NCBI GenBank assembly: GCA_964584225.1
Contig: CAZOZG010000001.1
Location: 21,652 to 85,651, forward strand
From: an uncultured Candidatus Saccharibacteria bacterium
GTDB taxonomy: Bacteria > Patescibacteriota > Minisyncoccia > Phycocordibacterales > UBA2100
DNA: 64,000 nt
Direction: 5' to 3'
Position 1 is the first letter of the stretch. Each line of letters opens with the position of its first letter. A program made the translations under genes and the position numbers. The notes beneath the pieces were generated by a model. That model saw only the letters and a list, made by a program, of their open reading frames with translations. It ran no database searches and was not told the DNA's origin. Shown here in pieces: positions 43,024 through 53,278 of the stretch.

Positions 43024-44358
43024 ATGGAAGACAAGATCGACGTACTCTTGATCGGCAACGGTGGCAGGGAAGCAGCAATCGCCTGGAAACTGAAACAATC
43101 CCCGCGGCTCGGGAAGTTTTACATCGCTCCCGGCAATCCGGGGACGGCGCTCTACGGTGAAAACGTAAATATCCCGGCGACAGATGTTCCCGGGCTTACC
43201 AAATTCGCTTCAGAAAATAAAATCGGATTGACGATCGTCGGGCCCGAGGACGCACTTGCCGCCGGTATCTCTGATTTTTTCAAATCGTGTGGTCTGCGCG
43301 TGTGGGGACCGGTCAAGGACGCCGCGCAAATCGAAAGCTCAAAAGCATTTGCCAAGCAGCTCATGAAGCAGATGGAGATTCCCACTGCCGCGTACCAGGT
43401 ATTCACCAAGTACGAGGACGCGATGAAATATTTGAAGACGCAAAAAGCACCGATCGTCGTGAAAGCGAGTGGATTATCGCTGGGGAAGGGCGTCTACGTC
43501 TGCCAAAGCATCGAAGAAGCGGAGCAGGCAGTGCACGACATCATGATCATGCGCGTGCACAAGGATGCCGGTAGCACGGTCGTCATCGAAGAATATCTGG
43601 AAGGACAAGAAATTTCCATTCACGCGATCGCTGACACGAAAACCTTCTACACATTCCCACCGTCACAGGATCATAAGCGCATCGGCGAGAGTGACACCAA
43701 TAAAAACACGGGCGGCATGGGTACGATCGCGCCGGTGCCGTGGGTAACCGAACAGCAAATGTATGAAATCGAAGAGAAAATCGTCCGCCCCGCACTCAAA
43801 ATGCTCGGCGCGCGCAGCATTCCCTACGTCGGCGTACTCTATCCGGGTATCATGATGACCGACAAAGGACCAAAAGTGCTCGAGTACAACTGCCGCATGG
43901 GGGATCCGGAGACGCAGGTCTACATGCGACTTCTCAAAAACGACCTGCTGGAATTCCTCCATGCATGCGTGTTCGTCAATCTCGATCAAATGAAACCTGA
44001 GTGGGAGCCGGGCTTTGCCTGTAATATCGTAATCGCCTCCGGAGGTTACCCGGATGAATACCAGACAGGCTTTCCGATCACCGGCATTGATGAAGCAGAG
44101 AAAGTGCCCGGCGTCGTCGTCTTTCAGGCTGGGACAAAAATGGAAAATGGCCAGCTCGTCACTGCAGGCGGGCGCGTCTTGAGTGTCTCAGCGGTCGGTG
44201 CGACCTTACAAGAGGCACTCGATCGAGCCTACCAAGGTTGTGAAAAGATCAAGTTCGAGGGCGCTTATTTCCGCCGCGACATTGGCGCCAAAGCACTTGG
44301 CAACGAGGTGTTGCAAACACAGAAACAGAGTTCAACGCCAAATAATGTCGGTTGGTAG
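43024..44358 (+). CDS. purD: phosphoribosylamine--glycine ligase
   Basis: 444 aa; ATP-grasp; VLLIGNGGREAAIAWKL start. Confidence 0.93.
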   Translation: MEDKIDVLLIGNGGREAAIAWKLKQSPRLGKFYIAPGNPGTALYGENVNIPATDVPGLTKFASENKIGLTIVGPEDALAAGISDFFKSCGLRVWGPVKDAAQIESSKAFAKQLMKQMEIPTAAYQVFTKYEDAMKYLKTQKAPIVVKASGLSLGKGVYVCQSIEEAEQAVHDIMIMRVHKDAGSTVVIEEYLEGQEISIHAIADTKTFYTFPPSQDHKRIGESDTNKNTGGMGTIAPVPWVTEQQMYEIEEKIVRPALKMLGARSIPYVGVLYPGIMMTDKGPKVLEYNCRMGDPETQVYMRLLKNDLLEFLHACVFVNLDQMKPEWEPGFACNIVIASGGYPDEYQTGFPITGIDEAEKVPGVVVFQAGTKMENGQLVTAGGRVLSVSAVGATLQEALDRAYQGCEKIKFEGAYFRRDIGAKALGNEVLQTQKQSSTPNNVGW

Positions 44359-44360
44359 CC

Positions 44361-44933
44361 ATGAGTTACTGGCCAGTGATCCTCGGATCGTTCGTCAATC
44401 TTCTCGGAACCTCATATTACATTCGTAATACGATTCGCGGAGTCACCAAGCCTAATCGCGTGACGTGGTTGATGTGGTCGATCGCACCTGTGATTGGCAC
44501 CGCGGCAGCGCTTGCCAGTGGTGTTACGTGGGCAACGTTGCCAGTGTTTATGGCAGGTCTCATGCCGTTTCTCGTATTCATAGCATCGTTTATCAATCCG
44601 AATTCATATTGGAAACTTGGCACATTCGATTATGGATGCGGCATACTGTCTGCTTTCGCGCTCATATTGTGGTATCTCACGAGCGAACCTGCCGTCGCTA
44701 TCGTCTTTTCAATCGCGAGTGACTGTGCAGCCGGAATTCCGACTCTGATAAAATGCTGGAAACAGCCAGAGACTGAGACTGCTTCTGGTTTTACTGCAAG
44801 CGGCATCAACAACCTCATGAGTTTCTTTGTCATCACGAATTGGAATTTCGCAAACATCGCGTTCCCGTTGTATCTCGTTATTTTCAACACGATACTCGCG
44901 TTTCCGGTGGTGCGCAAGAAGGGTTCGCTCTAG
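44361..44933 (+). CDS. hypothetical integral membrane protein
   Basis: About 190 aa, 6 TM. Confidence 0.45.
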   Translation: MSYWPVILGSFVNLLGTSYYIRNTIRGVTKPNRVTWLMWSIAPVIGTAAALASGVTWATLPVFMAGLMPFLVFIASFINPNSYWKLGTFDYGCGILSAFALILWYLTSEPAVAIVFSIASDCAAGIPTLIKCWKQPETETASGFTASGINNLMSFFVITNWNFANIAFPLYLVIFNTILAFPVVRKKGSL

Positions 44934-44948
44934 TGATATACTTTTTCT

Positions 44949-47768
44949 ATGCCTCCATCGACGATGGAGAAGCCGCGCGTTGTGGCTTCGGAGAAATTTA
45001 AATCCCCTCAAGAGGAATTGGCGTATTTGCGTGAGCAAGTGCGGCAGAAGGAGCAGGAACTTGAAGCTGCGCCGAATCGTTTTGAGAGTGATCGGATCGC
45101 CAAGCGCGAAATCGTAAGCTACGGTAATGCGCCGGCGGCGCAGATTTTACACGAAGATGTTGTCATGCCTGAGCACGATATCTTGCGCAACGTCTTGAAA
45201 CTTGAGCCGGAAGCGCACGACGCGCAACTCGACGAACTCTTGAAGATCGTCGTTGATCGCGGGATCAAAAACGCGTTGTCGGTTGCGGCGCGCCTTAAAA
45301 ACCCACACATCGAAGACGATTTACATCGCGCGCTCGTGCGCTACGTCGCAGAGGGTCTGCCGATGCACGGCGCGCCGCCGGAAAAGATCCGTCGTGCGCT
45401 GGATCTGATTCTCTTCACGATCGAACCGCAGGCGCACGGCGACAGAGAGAAGCAAGACAACAGCCAGCATCGTCTCGAACAAGTGCTCGCGCCATCGGAG
45501 CAACTCTATGCGGGTCTCACCTCGCTTATCGCTCCGCACGAAGGTTTTTCACTTGAGATTGCAGTTCCCGATGGTACAGAAGAAGCACTGCTCTACCTCG
45601 CTGTCCCGCGCTCCAAAAAGCATCTCGCCGAACGACTCATTTCATCGGTGTTCCCGAATGCACACATTGCCGAAAATCGTGGCGACTACAATGTTTTCAA
45701 TTTTGAAGGTGAGAACGCGGCTGCGTACGCGAAGCTCGCGAATCACCCTGCGTACCCCCTAAAGACACCGGACATGTTCGAACACGATCCGATGAATGTG
45801 CTTCTGGCGGCGTTTGCAAAAATCGCGAAACACGGCGAAGGCGCAGCGATGCAAGTCATCGTGTCTTCTGACGGCGACCGCTACAATGAGCACTATAAGA
45901 AAATGCTCCGCCGACTCGGAGAGGGCAAACATCTCCACCGCGTCCTCAATGTTCCCGAGTCGACGATTGGCGAGGTTCTCTACGACGTGAGTCACACGAT
46001 GTTCCAGGGCCAGCAGGAACTTCAAGATCAAAAAGACAAAGAGATGCGACGGCAGCCCGACAAGGTTGCGCAAGAAGAGATCGAGCGCAAAGTCAAAAGC
46101 AGAATTTGCCCGGCCCTTATCCGGCTTGTCGCCTCAGCGCCTGAAAAGCACCGCGCAGAAGAAATCATCGACAATCTGATCGCGCCGTTCTCGCAGTACG
46201 ACGACCCGCGTGGGAATCGCCTTGAGTTTAAAAAAGTCTCGAGTTGGCACAAAAACACTTTTTTGCGTGATTTCACCTATCGCACCTATGATCCAGCCTA
46301 CGCGATGCCGCTTTCACTTGCGGAGATCACCTCCATTTTCCATTTCACCGCCGAGCGTGTGCACACTTCGCCCGAGCTGAAGCGTTCCTTCGCCAAACAA
46401 GCGCCCTCACCAGTCGAAATGCCCGCCGACGGGATCGTGGTCGGTATCAACCGCTACGGTGCCGATGAGCGACCGGTTCATTTTGGCGCCGCCGATCGTC
46501 TCAGGCACTGCTACGTCATCGGGCAAACGGGTACGGGAAAGACAGGCTTTCTGAAAAACATGATTATTCAGGACATTCAAAATGGGGAAGGCGTTGCCTT
46601 TATCGATCCGCATGGCAACGACATCGAAGACGTACTCGCAGCGATTCCGCCGGAGCGCGCAAAAGATGTTATTTATTTCGATCCAGCTCACACAGAGCAA
46701 CCGATGGGACTCAACATGCTCGAGTACGATCGAAACCGTCCCGAGATGAAGACGTTCGTCGTCGACGAAGTCTACGGTATTTTCCGCAAGCTCTATGCTG
46801 ATGTGCCGGAAGCGTTTGGGCCGATGTTTGAGCAATATTATCGCAATGCCGTGCAACTCGTGGTCGAGGATCCTGATTCTGGCAGCACGTTCGTGGAGAT
46901 TCCGCGCGTCTTCGCTGATACCGCGTTTCGTAATCTGAAGCTCGCACACTGTCAAAATCCCATCATCGTGCAGTTTTGGAAGAAAATTGCAGAGCAAGCG
47001 CAAGGCGACCCGTCGCTTGAGAACGTTGCGCCCTATATCACGTCGAAATTTGACGTCTTTCTCACGAACGACATCATGCGCCCCATCGTGAGTCAGGAAA
47101 AATCCGCCTTTGATTTCCGCCAGATTATGGACGGCAAGAAAATCTTTCTCGCGAATCTCTCGAAAGGGCGTCTCGGCGATCGCAATACCGCGCTTTTGGG
47201 GCTCGTGCTCGTGTCGAAATTCCTGCAAGCAGCGTTTTCGCGAGTCGATTCACATGGCGACTTGCCAGTCTTTTACCTCTATATAGACGAATTTCAAAAT
47301 TTCGCGACGCCATCGATTGGGACGATTCTCTCTGAAGCACGTAAATATAAGCTCTCGCTTGTCGTCGCACACCAATTCATCGCACAGCTCGACGAAAAAA
47401 TCCGCGATGCAGTGATCGGTAACGTTGGCACGAAGGCGGCGTTTCGTGTCGGAACCACAGATGCGGAATTCTTAGCAAAACAGTTCGAACCGGTTTTTAG
47501 TCAAGAAGATCTGGAGAATTTGCCGAATCGAAATGCGGTTCTTTCGCTTTTGATCAACGGAACACCAGCGCGACCGTTTTCAATCCACACAGAGGATCTT
47601 CCCAAATTTGATTACGCACGCGTTGCGGCGCTTAAAGATCTTTCGTATCGCACCTACGGTAGACCGCGCGAAGAGGTTGAGGCCGAAATGCGCGCTAAAT
47701 TTGACGCCGCGTACGGAAAAAAACCCGCCCCTCGCATCGAGCCATCTCCTGCGCCAGACGTCCAGTAG
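44949..47768 (+). CDS. TraD/VirD4/HerA-FtsK-like P-loop ATPase with ~450-aa unknown N-terminal region
   Basis: GQTGTGKT Walker A, YLYIDEFQNF Walker B and VVAHQ motif in the C-terminal half; the N-terminal half has no recognisable motifs. Confidence 0.6.
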   Translation: MPPSTMEKPRVVASEKFKSPQEELAYLREQVRQKEQELEAAPNRFESDRIAKREIVSYGNAPAAQILHEDVVMPEHDILRNVLKLEPEAHDAQLDELLKIVVDRGIKNALSVAARLKNPHIEDDLHRALVRYVAEGLPMHGAPPEKIRRALDLILFTIEPQAHGDREKQDNSQHRLEQVLAPSEQLYAGLTSLIAPHEGFSLEIAVPDGTEEALLYLAVPRSKKHLAERLISSVFPNAHIAENRGDYNVFNFEGENAAAYAKLANHPAYPLKTPDMFEHDPMNVLLAAFAKIAKHGEGAAMQVIVSSDGDRYNEHYKKMLRRLGEGKHLHRVLNVPESTIGEVLYDVSHTMFQGQQELQDQKDKEMRRQPDKVAQEEIERKVKSRICPALIRLVASAPEKHRAEEIIDNLIAPFSQYDDPRGNRLEFKKVSSWHKNTFLRDFTYRTYDPAYAMPLSLAEITSIFHFTAERVHTSPELKRSFAKQAPSPVEMPADGIVVGINRYGADERPVHFGAADRLRHCYVIGQTGTGKTGFLKNMIIQDIQNGEGVAFIDPHGNDIEDVLAAIPPERAKDVIYFDPAHTEQPMGLNMLEYDRNRPEMKTFVVDEVYGIFRKLYADVPEAFGPMFEQYYRNAVQLVVEDPDSGSTFVEIPRVFADTAFRNLKLAHCQNPIIVQFWKKIAEQAQGDPSLENVAPYITSKFDVFLTNDIMRPIVSQEKSAFDFRQIMDGKKIFLANLSKGRLGDRNTALLGLVLVSKFLQAAFSRVDSHGDLPVFYLYIDEFQNFATPSIGTILSEARKYKLSLVVAHQFIAQLDEKIRDAVIGNVGTKAAFRVGTTDAEFLAKQFEPVFSQEDLENLPNRNAVLSLLINGTPARPFSIHTEDLPKFDYARVAALKDLSYRTYGRPREEVEAEMRAKFDAAYGKKPAPRIEPSPAPDVQ

Positions 47769-47790
47769 GCGCTTGTGCTATAGTGGTGGC

Positions 47791-48159
47791 ATGAAAAAGT
47801 TCGCTTCGCTTATTGCGACTGTGGCACTCTTCTGTGCTCCTGCTATCGCGCTTGCCGATTCGCTCATTCCAATGGGCCCGACGCCTGAACAACTTCTCTC
47901 GCGACAAGCATTTATGAATGCAGTGGTGCAAGGGACATCAGTCGCTTGCGTCGTGCAAACGAGCGCGACACAAGTGCGCCTCAATCAGTCGTACCGAGTG
48001 TGGTGGGGATCCTTTGGCAGTAACGGCGTCGGCTGGGCGCCAGTCGGCTCGTACACGATCATGCCGAGCAAAGAGGGAATTTATGAATTCAAACTGACGT
48101 TCCACGCGGCTGATGGCACGAGCGCGACCTGCAAGACCGATGTCGCGGTCACGGCGTAA
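47791..48159 (+). CDS. hypothetical small secreted protein
   Basis: 122 aa; signal peptide MKKFASLIATVALFCAPAIALA. Confidence 0.45.
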   Translation: MKKFASLIATVALFCAPAIALADSLIPMGPTPEQLLSRQAFMNAVVQGTSVACVVQTSATQVRLNQSYRVWWGSFGSNGVGWAPVGSYTIMPSKEGIYEFKLTFHAADGTSATCKTDVAVTA

Positions 48160-48180
48160 ATTCATGCTACAGTAGCGCCT

Positions 48181-48786
48181 ATGCAGCACCCGAAAGACGA
48201 ACGAACTTTTGTCATTATCAAACCAGATGGCGTGCAGCGTGGCCTGGTAGGCGAGATCATCAAACGATACGAAGATGTCGGTCTCAAATTAATCGCTGCA
48301 AAGATGTTGGTGCCGACGCCTGAACAAGTAGAACAGCACTACACACTCGACCCGAATTGGCGCAAAGTGACAGGCGAGAAAACCATCAAAGGATACCAAG
48401 ATAAAGGTCTGACGCCGCCGTCGATGGATCCCTTGGAGATCACGGCGAAGATTCTCGCGAATCTTAAAAAGTATTTGGCAGCGGGGCCGGTACTCGCAAT
48501 GGTCTGGGAAGGGGCACACGCGGTGAAAATCGTGCGCAAGCTCACGGGAGGCACAGAGCCGTTGACGTCAGACGTTGGCTCCATTCGCGGTGACTACGTC
48601 TTGGATTCCTATCAGATTTCCGACCCTGATAACCGCGCTGTCCGCAACCTTGTGCATGCCTCCGGCTCTGTCGATGAGGCAAATGCCGAGATTTCACACT
48701 GGTTCAAACCTGAAGAAATCACGGACTACCGAATGATTCACGAAGAGATACTCTACGACGTAAATCTCGATGGCATTCTCGAGTAA
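48181..48786 (+). CDS. ndk: nucleoside diphosphate kinase (with ~50-aa insertion)
   Basis: ERTFVIIKPDGVQRGLVGEII and NLVHASGS (active-site His) motifs. Confidence 0.85.
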   Translation: MQHPKDERTFVIIKPDGVQRGLVGEIIKRYEDVGLKLIAAKMLVPTPEQVEQHYTLDPNWRKVTGEKTIKGYQDKGLTPPSMDPLEITAKILANLKKYLAAGPVLAMVWEGAHAVKIVRKLTGGTEPLTSDVGSIRGDYVLDSYQISDPDNRAVRNLVHASGSVDEANAEISHWFKPEEITDYRMIHEEILYDVNLDGILE

Positions 48787-49018
48787 CGTCGGCGGTTGTT
48801 TGTAGAAATCGTCGATTTGATATACTAGCGGAAGCGGCTGGTACTTAAACCTGCTTGGTTCAAGTAAGGGAAGATCAATTTTGCGGCGCGCCAATGAGAA
48901 CCTCAATGGATTTCAGCGGCACAGCCACTTAGATCACCCACCTGGTCTATAAGCCCAGGCTTGCCGTACCCGCCGCCCCGATAGACCCTGCCCTCGGCAG
49001 GGTTTCTCGGCAAAAGAT

Positions 49019-49387
49019 ATGTACGGACGTCGCTTCCTTTTCAATTCATTTTTCGTACTCGTCGTTTTGACGCTTTTGAATTTAGTGGGCATCATCTTTT
49101 CTCTCTACTGGCGCTTGTGGTGGTACGATATCCCCGCGCATGTCTTAGGCGGCGTGTCTGTCGCGCTCGCGGCGGCGTGGCTGCAGGCGATCCGCGGCGA
49201 GCGACCGACGTTTCTTTTTTGTATTTCGGCCGTCTTTGCCGTCGGCGTCGCGTGGGAAATTTTTGAAGCAGTCTCTGGTCTCACGCAATTTCCTCAGGAC
49301 ACGGTCGACACCATCAAAGATCTCTGTGACGACGTCATTGGTGGTCTCATCACACTTCTCCTCATCTACCGGCGGCCCGTACAGTGA
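49019..49387 (+). CDS. hypothetical small membrane protein
   Basis: 122 aa, 4 TM. Confidence 0.4.
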   Translation: MYGRRFLFNSFFVLVVLTLLNLVGIIFSLYWRLWWYDIPAHVLGGVSVALAAAWLQAIRGERPTFLFCISAVFAVGVAWEIFEAVSGLTQFPQDTVDTIKDLCDDVIGGLITLLLIYRRPVQ

Positions 49388-49399
49388 TATACTGCTCGC

Positions 49400-50086
49400 A
49401 TGGCGAATCGGAAAGTCTTGAATCCCAATCACACCGCAGTTCCGCGCAATTTTTGTCGGCTCCCCGATGGCTACGGTGTCGTAAAAATCGGCGTCTCCGG
49501 CGCTGCGGAGACTGGCTACTGCGGCTTGGATGCGTATGAAAAGGCGAAAGAAATAGGGCGGGAAATCGCACGGCAGGGCGGTGTCATTACGACAGGCGCG
49601 ACGACTGGATTCCCCATGTATGCAGCGATGGGTGCCAAAGATGAATGCGGCTTTTCAATTGGTTTTTCTCCTGCGGCAAACGAACGTGAGCATGTCGAGG
49701 TCTACAAACTGCCTCTGGAATACATGGATGTCGTCGTCTACACCGGCTTTGGCTATTCAGGGCGCGACTTATTGCTCACACGTTCGTCGGATGCTGTCGT
49801 GATCGGCTGCGGGCGCGTCGGGACCATCAACGAATTTGCCGTCGCCTTTGAGGATCGGCGGCCGATCGGGGTCTTAGAGGGGAGCTGGGAGACAGACGAA
49901 ATTTTGCGTCATGTGATCGAGGCGGCGCATCGTCCGAATCCAAAAATTATTTTTGATTCTGATCCCAAAGCGCTCGTCACCAAGCTCATCGAGATGGTGC
50001 AGAAAGATAAAGAGGCGACCAATCTGGTCTACAATAATCCCGAAAAGTGGGATCCGACAGCGCGTGGCGCCGAATATATTCTCTAG
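49400..50086 (+). CDS. LOG/TIGR00725-like (SLOG) Rossmann-fold protein
   Basis: VKIGVSGAAETG...GGVITTGATTGFPM pattern typical of the TIGR00725/LOG superfamily. Confidence 0.5.
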   Translation: MANRKVLNPNHTAVPRNFCRLPDGYGVVKIGVSGAAETGYCGLDAYEKAKEIGREIARQGGVITTGATTGFPMYAAMGAKDECGFSIGFSPAANEREHVEVYKLPLEYMDVVVYTGFGYSGRDLLLTRSSDAVVIGCGRVGTINEFAVAFEDRRPIGVLEGSWETDEILRHVIEAAHRPNPKIIFDSDPKALVTKLIEMVQKDKEATNLVYNNPEKWDPTARGAEYIL

Positions 50087-50430
50087 CGCTTCACGTGCTC
50101 CAAAACGCGCGCGAAAATTTCTGGGTGGTCTTTGGCGAGTGCGCCGAGGGACTTACGATCGAGGCCGATGCTGCTTTTCTTCAGCGAGTCGATGAGTTTT
50201 GAATATGAAAGACCGAGCGGTCGGGCGGCGGCGTTGATGCGAAGCGTCCAGAGGTAACGGAATTCTCGCTTTTTTGCGCGGCGGTGCTTGAAGGCGTAGA
50301 TGCCTGCATGGCGGATCGCCTCACGTGCAACGCGCTCCTTGCTCTTTCGGTCAAAACGATAGCCCTTGGTCTGTGCCAAAAGGTAGCGGCGGCGTTTATT
50401 CTTCGTTGTTCCTCGTTTAACGCGTGCCAT
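50083..50430 (-). CDS. rplT: 50S ribosomal protein L20
   Basis: MARVKRGTTKNKRRR start. Confidence 0.93.
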   Translation of the reverse strand: MARVKRGTTKNKRRRYLLAQTKGYRFDRKSKERVAREAIRHAGIYAFKHRRAKKREFRYLWTLRINAAARPLGLSYSKLIDSLKKSSIGLDRKSLGALAKDHPEIFARVLEHVKR

Positions 50431-50433
50431 ATC

Positions 50434-50634
50434 TTATTGGATTGACTGGCCCGGGAAGAAGCGGCCTTTGTCGGAATTGCGCAGTGCCGCGTGGAACGAG
50501 ACGGCGCGGCGACGGCGCATGCGGCCAGCGCTCGACTCTTTTGCGTTGAAATGGTTGTGACCGGGCACGCGCGCGACGATCTTGCCGCGTTTGGTGACGC
50601 GAAGGCGCTTCATGTATGACTTATTTGATTTCAT
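50434..50634 (-). CDS. rpmI: 50S ribosomal protein L35
   Basis: 66 aa; MKSNKSYMKRLRVTKRGK. Confidence 0.9.
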   Translation of the reverse strand: MKSNKSYMKRLRVTKRGKIVARVPGHNHFNAKESSAGRMRRRRAVSFHAALRNSDKGRFFPGQSIQ

Positions 50635-50697
50635 ATTGAAACCGCGCCAAAGCGCGGTAGGGGCAGTATGCCTTACGGGAGCCGAAAACGCAAGAAT

Positions 50698-51324
50698 TCA
50701 GGCAGCTGGCGCTTCAGACGAGGGCTGCTTGGCAGGCGCCGCTTTTGGCGCGGTCGGTTTGAGGCCTTTTGAGGAATCGCGCTCGAGTGCTACCGAAAGG
50801 CCTTTCGGGCTCTTCTGAATATCTTCCGCAATTTTGAAATTCTCCGGAATCAATGCCAGGAATCGCTCAAGTCGCTCCTTCAAGAAGTTGAATTCCATCG
50901 CCTTGTAGCGACCCCACAAGAAGAGATCGATTTTGACGCGGTGGCCCTCCCGAAGCCATTCTGCTGCCTTCGACGCCTTGATGTGCATGTCGCGCTCTGA
51001 GGTTCCGATCTTCACTTGCGTCACTTTGGTCTCAGTGATATGCGATTTCGCTTTCACTTCTTTTTCCTTTTTTTTCTGCTCGTACTTAAATTTGCCGTAG
51101 TCAGTGATTTTGGCGACGGGCGGCTGCGCGTTGGGAGATATTTCGATCAAATCCAATCCCAACTCGCGCGCCTTGTCGATTGCTTCGGCGATCGCCATAA
51201 CACCGAGGTTGCCTCCCTCGGGCCCAATTACCCGCACCTGCGGCGCGCGGATGCTTTCGTTCATGCGGACGCGCTCCTTGTCCTGTTGAGTCGTGTATTT
51301 AGTGAAACCCATTTGTCCGAGCAC
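50698..51324 (-). CDS. infC: translation initiation factor IF-3 (start codon uncertain; C-terminal Ala/Pro/Lys-rich tail)
   Basis: IRAPQVRVIGPEG...DLIEISPNAQPPVAKI core; canonical infC-rpmI-rplT order. Confidence 0.85.
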   Translation of the reverse strand: MLGQMGFTKYTTQQDKERVRMNESIRAPQVRVIGPEGGNLGVMAIAEAIDKARELGLDLIEISPNAQPPVAKITDYGKFKYEQKKKEKEVKAKSHITETKVTQVKIGTSERDMHIKASKAAEWLREGHRVKIDLFLWGRYKAMEFNFLKERLERFLALIPENFKIAEDIQKSPKGLSVALERDSSKGLKPTAPKAAPAKQPSSEAPAA

Positions 51325-51354
51325 TATAGCACAACGGTCGTTTTACGACCAAGC

Positions 51355-52704
51355 TTACAGGCCCGCGCGCGTGCCGCCGAATGGTTTCAAGGCCGCGAGA
51401 ATTCCCAAGAGCGTTGTCTTCAATGTCTGGAGCATTGCTTGAAAACCGGTTGTCTGAGAACCGATAAGCGCACCGCCATTGTAATTACTGTTTGCAAGAT
51501 CTGGCGAAACAAACGTCGGGCCGCCGCTTGGCGCAAGCGCATACGTATTGCTCGCAAGGCCAGCGTTCGGCGTTGGCTGCGAAGGGAACACTGGTACGAG
51601 AGAGACGGAATTATTCGAAATACCGTTCACGTCGAGAGATGCGTTCGCGCCGGAGCCGGTGCTCGTGGAAGATCCGTAGAGGTACTGATTGAGCAAATCG
51701 TAGATCGATGTAGAGCCTGAGTTCCCTGCCCTGCTTCCAGTCGTGCTCGCGCTTTCTGCGTTGCACATACCCGAAGCGCACCCGCTCGGACACGCCTGGT
51801 ACTGCTGTTGGGTGCAACTCGATGTCTGATAAAAAACAGCGTTGCCGGAGCAATAAAATTGTGGCGAGCACAACCCGACGGTCGAAGTTGCGCTTGTCGA
51901 CGTACCAACAGGCAACACGGTCACAGGCGTGAACGGCAGTGATGCGGGATTAAAAAGGTTGCGAAATGCGTTTGAAAGTGGGGCGGTCGGCGTGGTTTGC
52001 ATCGGAGTGTTCGACGGCCCAGGTCCGAGTTCATACTCGGCGTTGCTGTTGCGGTTGACTCCCTGGTACGCAGGACCCGATGTGTAGCTGCCATCCAACG
52101 TCCCGTATCCCCCCGTGCTCCCGTTACAAGATTGTGCACACTGACTTGTCGGTGGGCGTGCGCCGCCATCCTGCACGTGCGCTGGGTCCCACGCTCCTAT
52201 AACTGCGAGACCAAATTGCGAGACGTTGGCACGAATCCAAGTAACCGTTTGCGCGCCAGTGTTGTTGAAGTCCGCTGCGAGGCCGTACTGATGATATGAG
52301 CCGCAGGGACCAACTCTCGTCGATCCGGCGGGTAAATTCGCCTGAGCAACTGGCGATCGATAACCGTCATTAATGACCGGCTTCGGAAGACCTGCGGGCA
52401 CTGCCTGAATCATATTCTTTAGTTTTTCGGCAAACGCAGCGTTGAAGCAAGAAACGTTCACGTTTCTTGTCACGTATTGCCGGAGAAATTCCTTCGCGTC
52501 GCTTGCCTGCAAGCCGGTCTCTGCGTTTGAAGGGTCATAGCATTCGCCGAGAGAGAGCATGCCGAGTTTGTAGATTGCATCGTTGGCCATCACAGCGCGG
52601 GTTCCCGGTAAGATCGAACAGTCAGTCGTTGCGAAGGCTATCGGTGCCGGACTAGAGAGGAGGGCCAACAAACCAAAAAAAGCGACCAGCCGGCGTATTG
52701 CCAT
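51355..52704 (-). CDS. secreted LAS/M15-like peptidase-domain protein, paralog of 41628-42995
   Basis: GYRSPVAQ, SYHQYGLAADF and WDPAH motifs; CSPQFYCSGNAVFYQTSSC...CPSGCASGMC module; C-terminal LLGILAALKPFGG. Confidence 0.55.
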   Translation of the reverse strand: MAIRRLVAFFGLLALLSSPAPIAFATTDCSILPGTRAVMANDAIYKLGMLSLGECYDPSNAETGLQASDAKEFLRQYVTRNVNVSCFNAAFAEKLKNMIQAVPAGLPKPVINDGYRSPVAQANLPAGSTRVGPCGSYHQYGLAADFNNTGAQTVTWIRANVSQFGLAVIGAWDPAHVQDGGARPPTSQCAQSCNGSTGGYGTLDGSYTSGPAYQGVNRNSNAEYELGPGPSNTPMQTTPTAPLSNAFRNLFNPASLPFTPVTVLPVGTSTSATSTVGLCSPQFYCSGNAVFYQTSSCTQQQYQACPSGCASGMCNAESASTTGSRAGNSGSTSIYDLLNQYLYGSSTSTGSGANASLDVNGISNNSVSLVPVFPSQPTPNAGLASNTYALAPSGGPTFVSPDLANSNYNGGALIGSQTTGFQAMLQTLKTTLLGILAALKPFGGTRAGL

Positions 52705-52795
52705 GTAAAAAGTATACAGCGTCGCCGACTTTGTGGGCCTTCCCGTGTGGGACAGCGCTTCATGTTCTTTGCACAGTTCGCTCTGCTAGAGTAGG

Positions 52796-53236
52796 ATGCT
52801 CGCCATGGATGTCACACAACTCACGTCGGTCGACGAAAGCGAGGCGCAGGAGCTCAACGCGCTTCTGACACAACTTTCATCAAAAGGCGAGGCAAAAAAT
52901 CGCTCGCGCGACGCATTGCACGAGGTTGCGACGACGCCGACGACGGAAGTCTGGGTTGCCAAAGACGGCGGCAAGATCGTCGGGATGGCATGTCTCGTGC
53001 TCGTCGTCTTGCCGGAAGGGACAAATGCGCGTGTCGAAGACGTCGTCGTCGATGGCTCGCAGCGCGGCAAAGGCCTCGGGCAAATTCTTTCGGAAAAAAT
53101 CATCGAGCGCGCGCGAGCGCGCGGCGCATCGACTTTGTATTTATCGAGTAAGCCGGCACGCGAGGCTGCGAATTCTCTGTATCAAAAACTGGGTTTTGAG
53201 CAGTACGAGACGAATACGTACAAGCTTCAGCTATAA
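52796..53236 (+). CDS. GNAT family N-acetyltransferase
   Basis: VVDGSQRGKGLGQ acetyl-CoA-binding motif. Confidence 0.7.
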   Translation: MLAMDVTQLTSVDESEAQELNALLTQLSSKGEAKNRSRDALHEVATTPTTEVWVAKDGGKIVGMACLVLVVLPEGTNARVEDVVVDGSQRGKGLGQILSEKIIERARARGASTLYLSSKPAREAANSLYQKLGFEQYETNTYKLQL

Positions 53237-53244
53237 AAAGAGTG

Positions 53245-53272
53245 GGCGGCGTCGGCCAAAGGCCGACGCCGC
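53245..53272. terminator. bidirectional hairpin ggcggcgtcggcc-aaa-ggccgacgccgc
   Basis: 13-bp stem between convergent genes. Confidence 0.55.
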
Positions 53273-53278
53273 ATGTTC

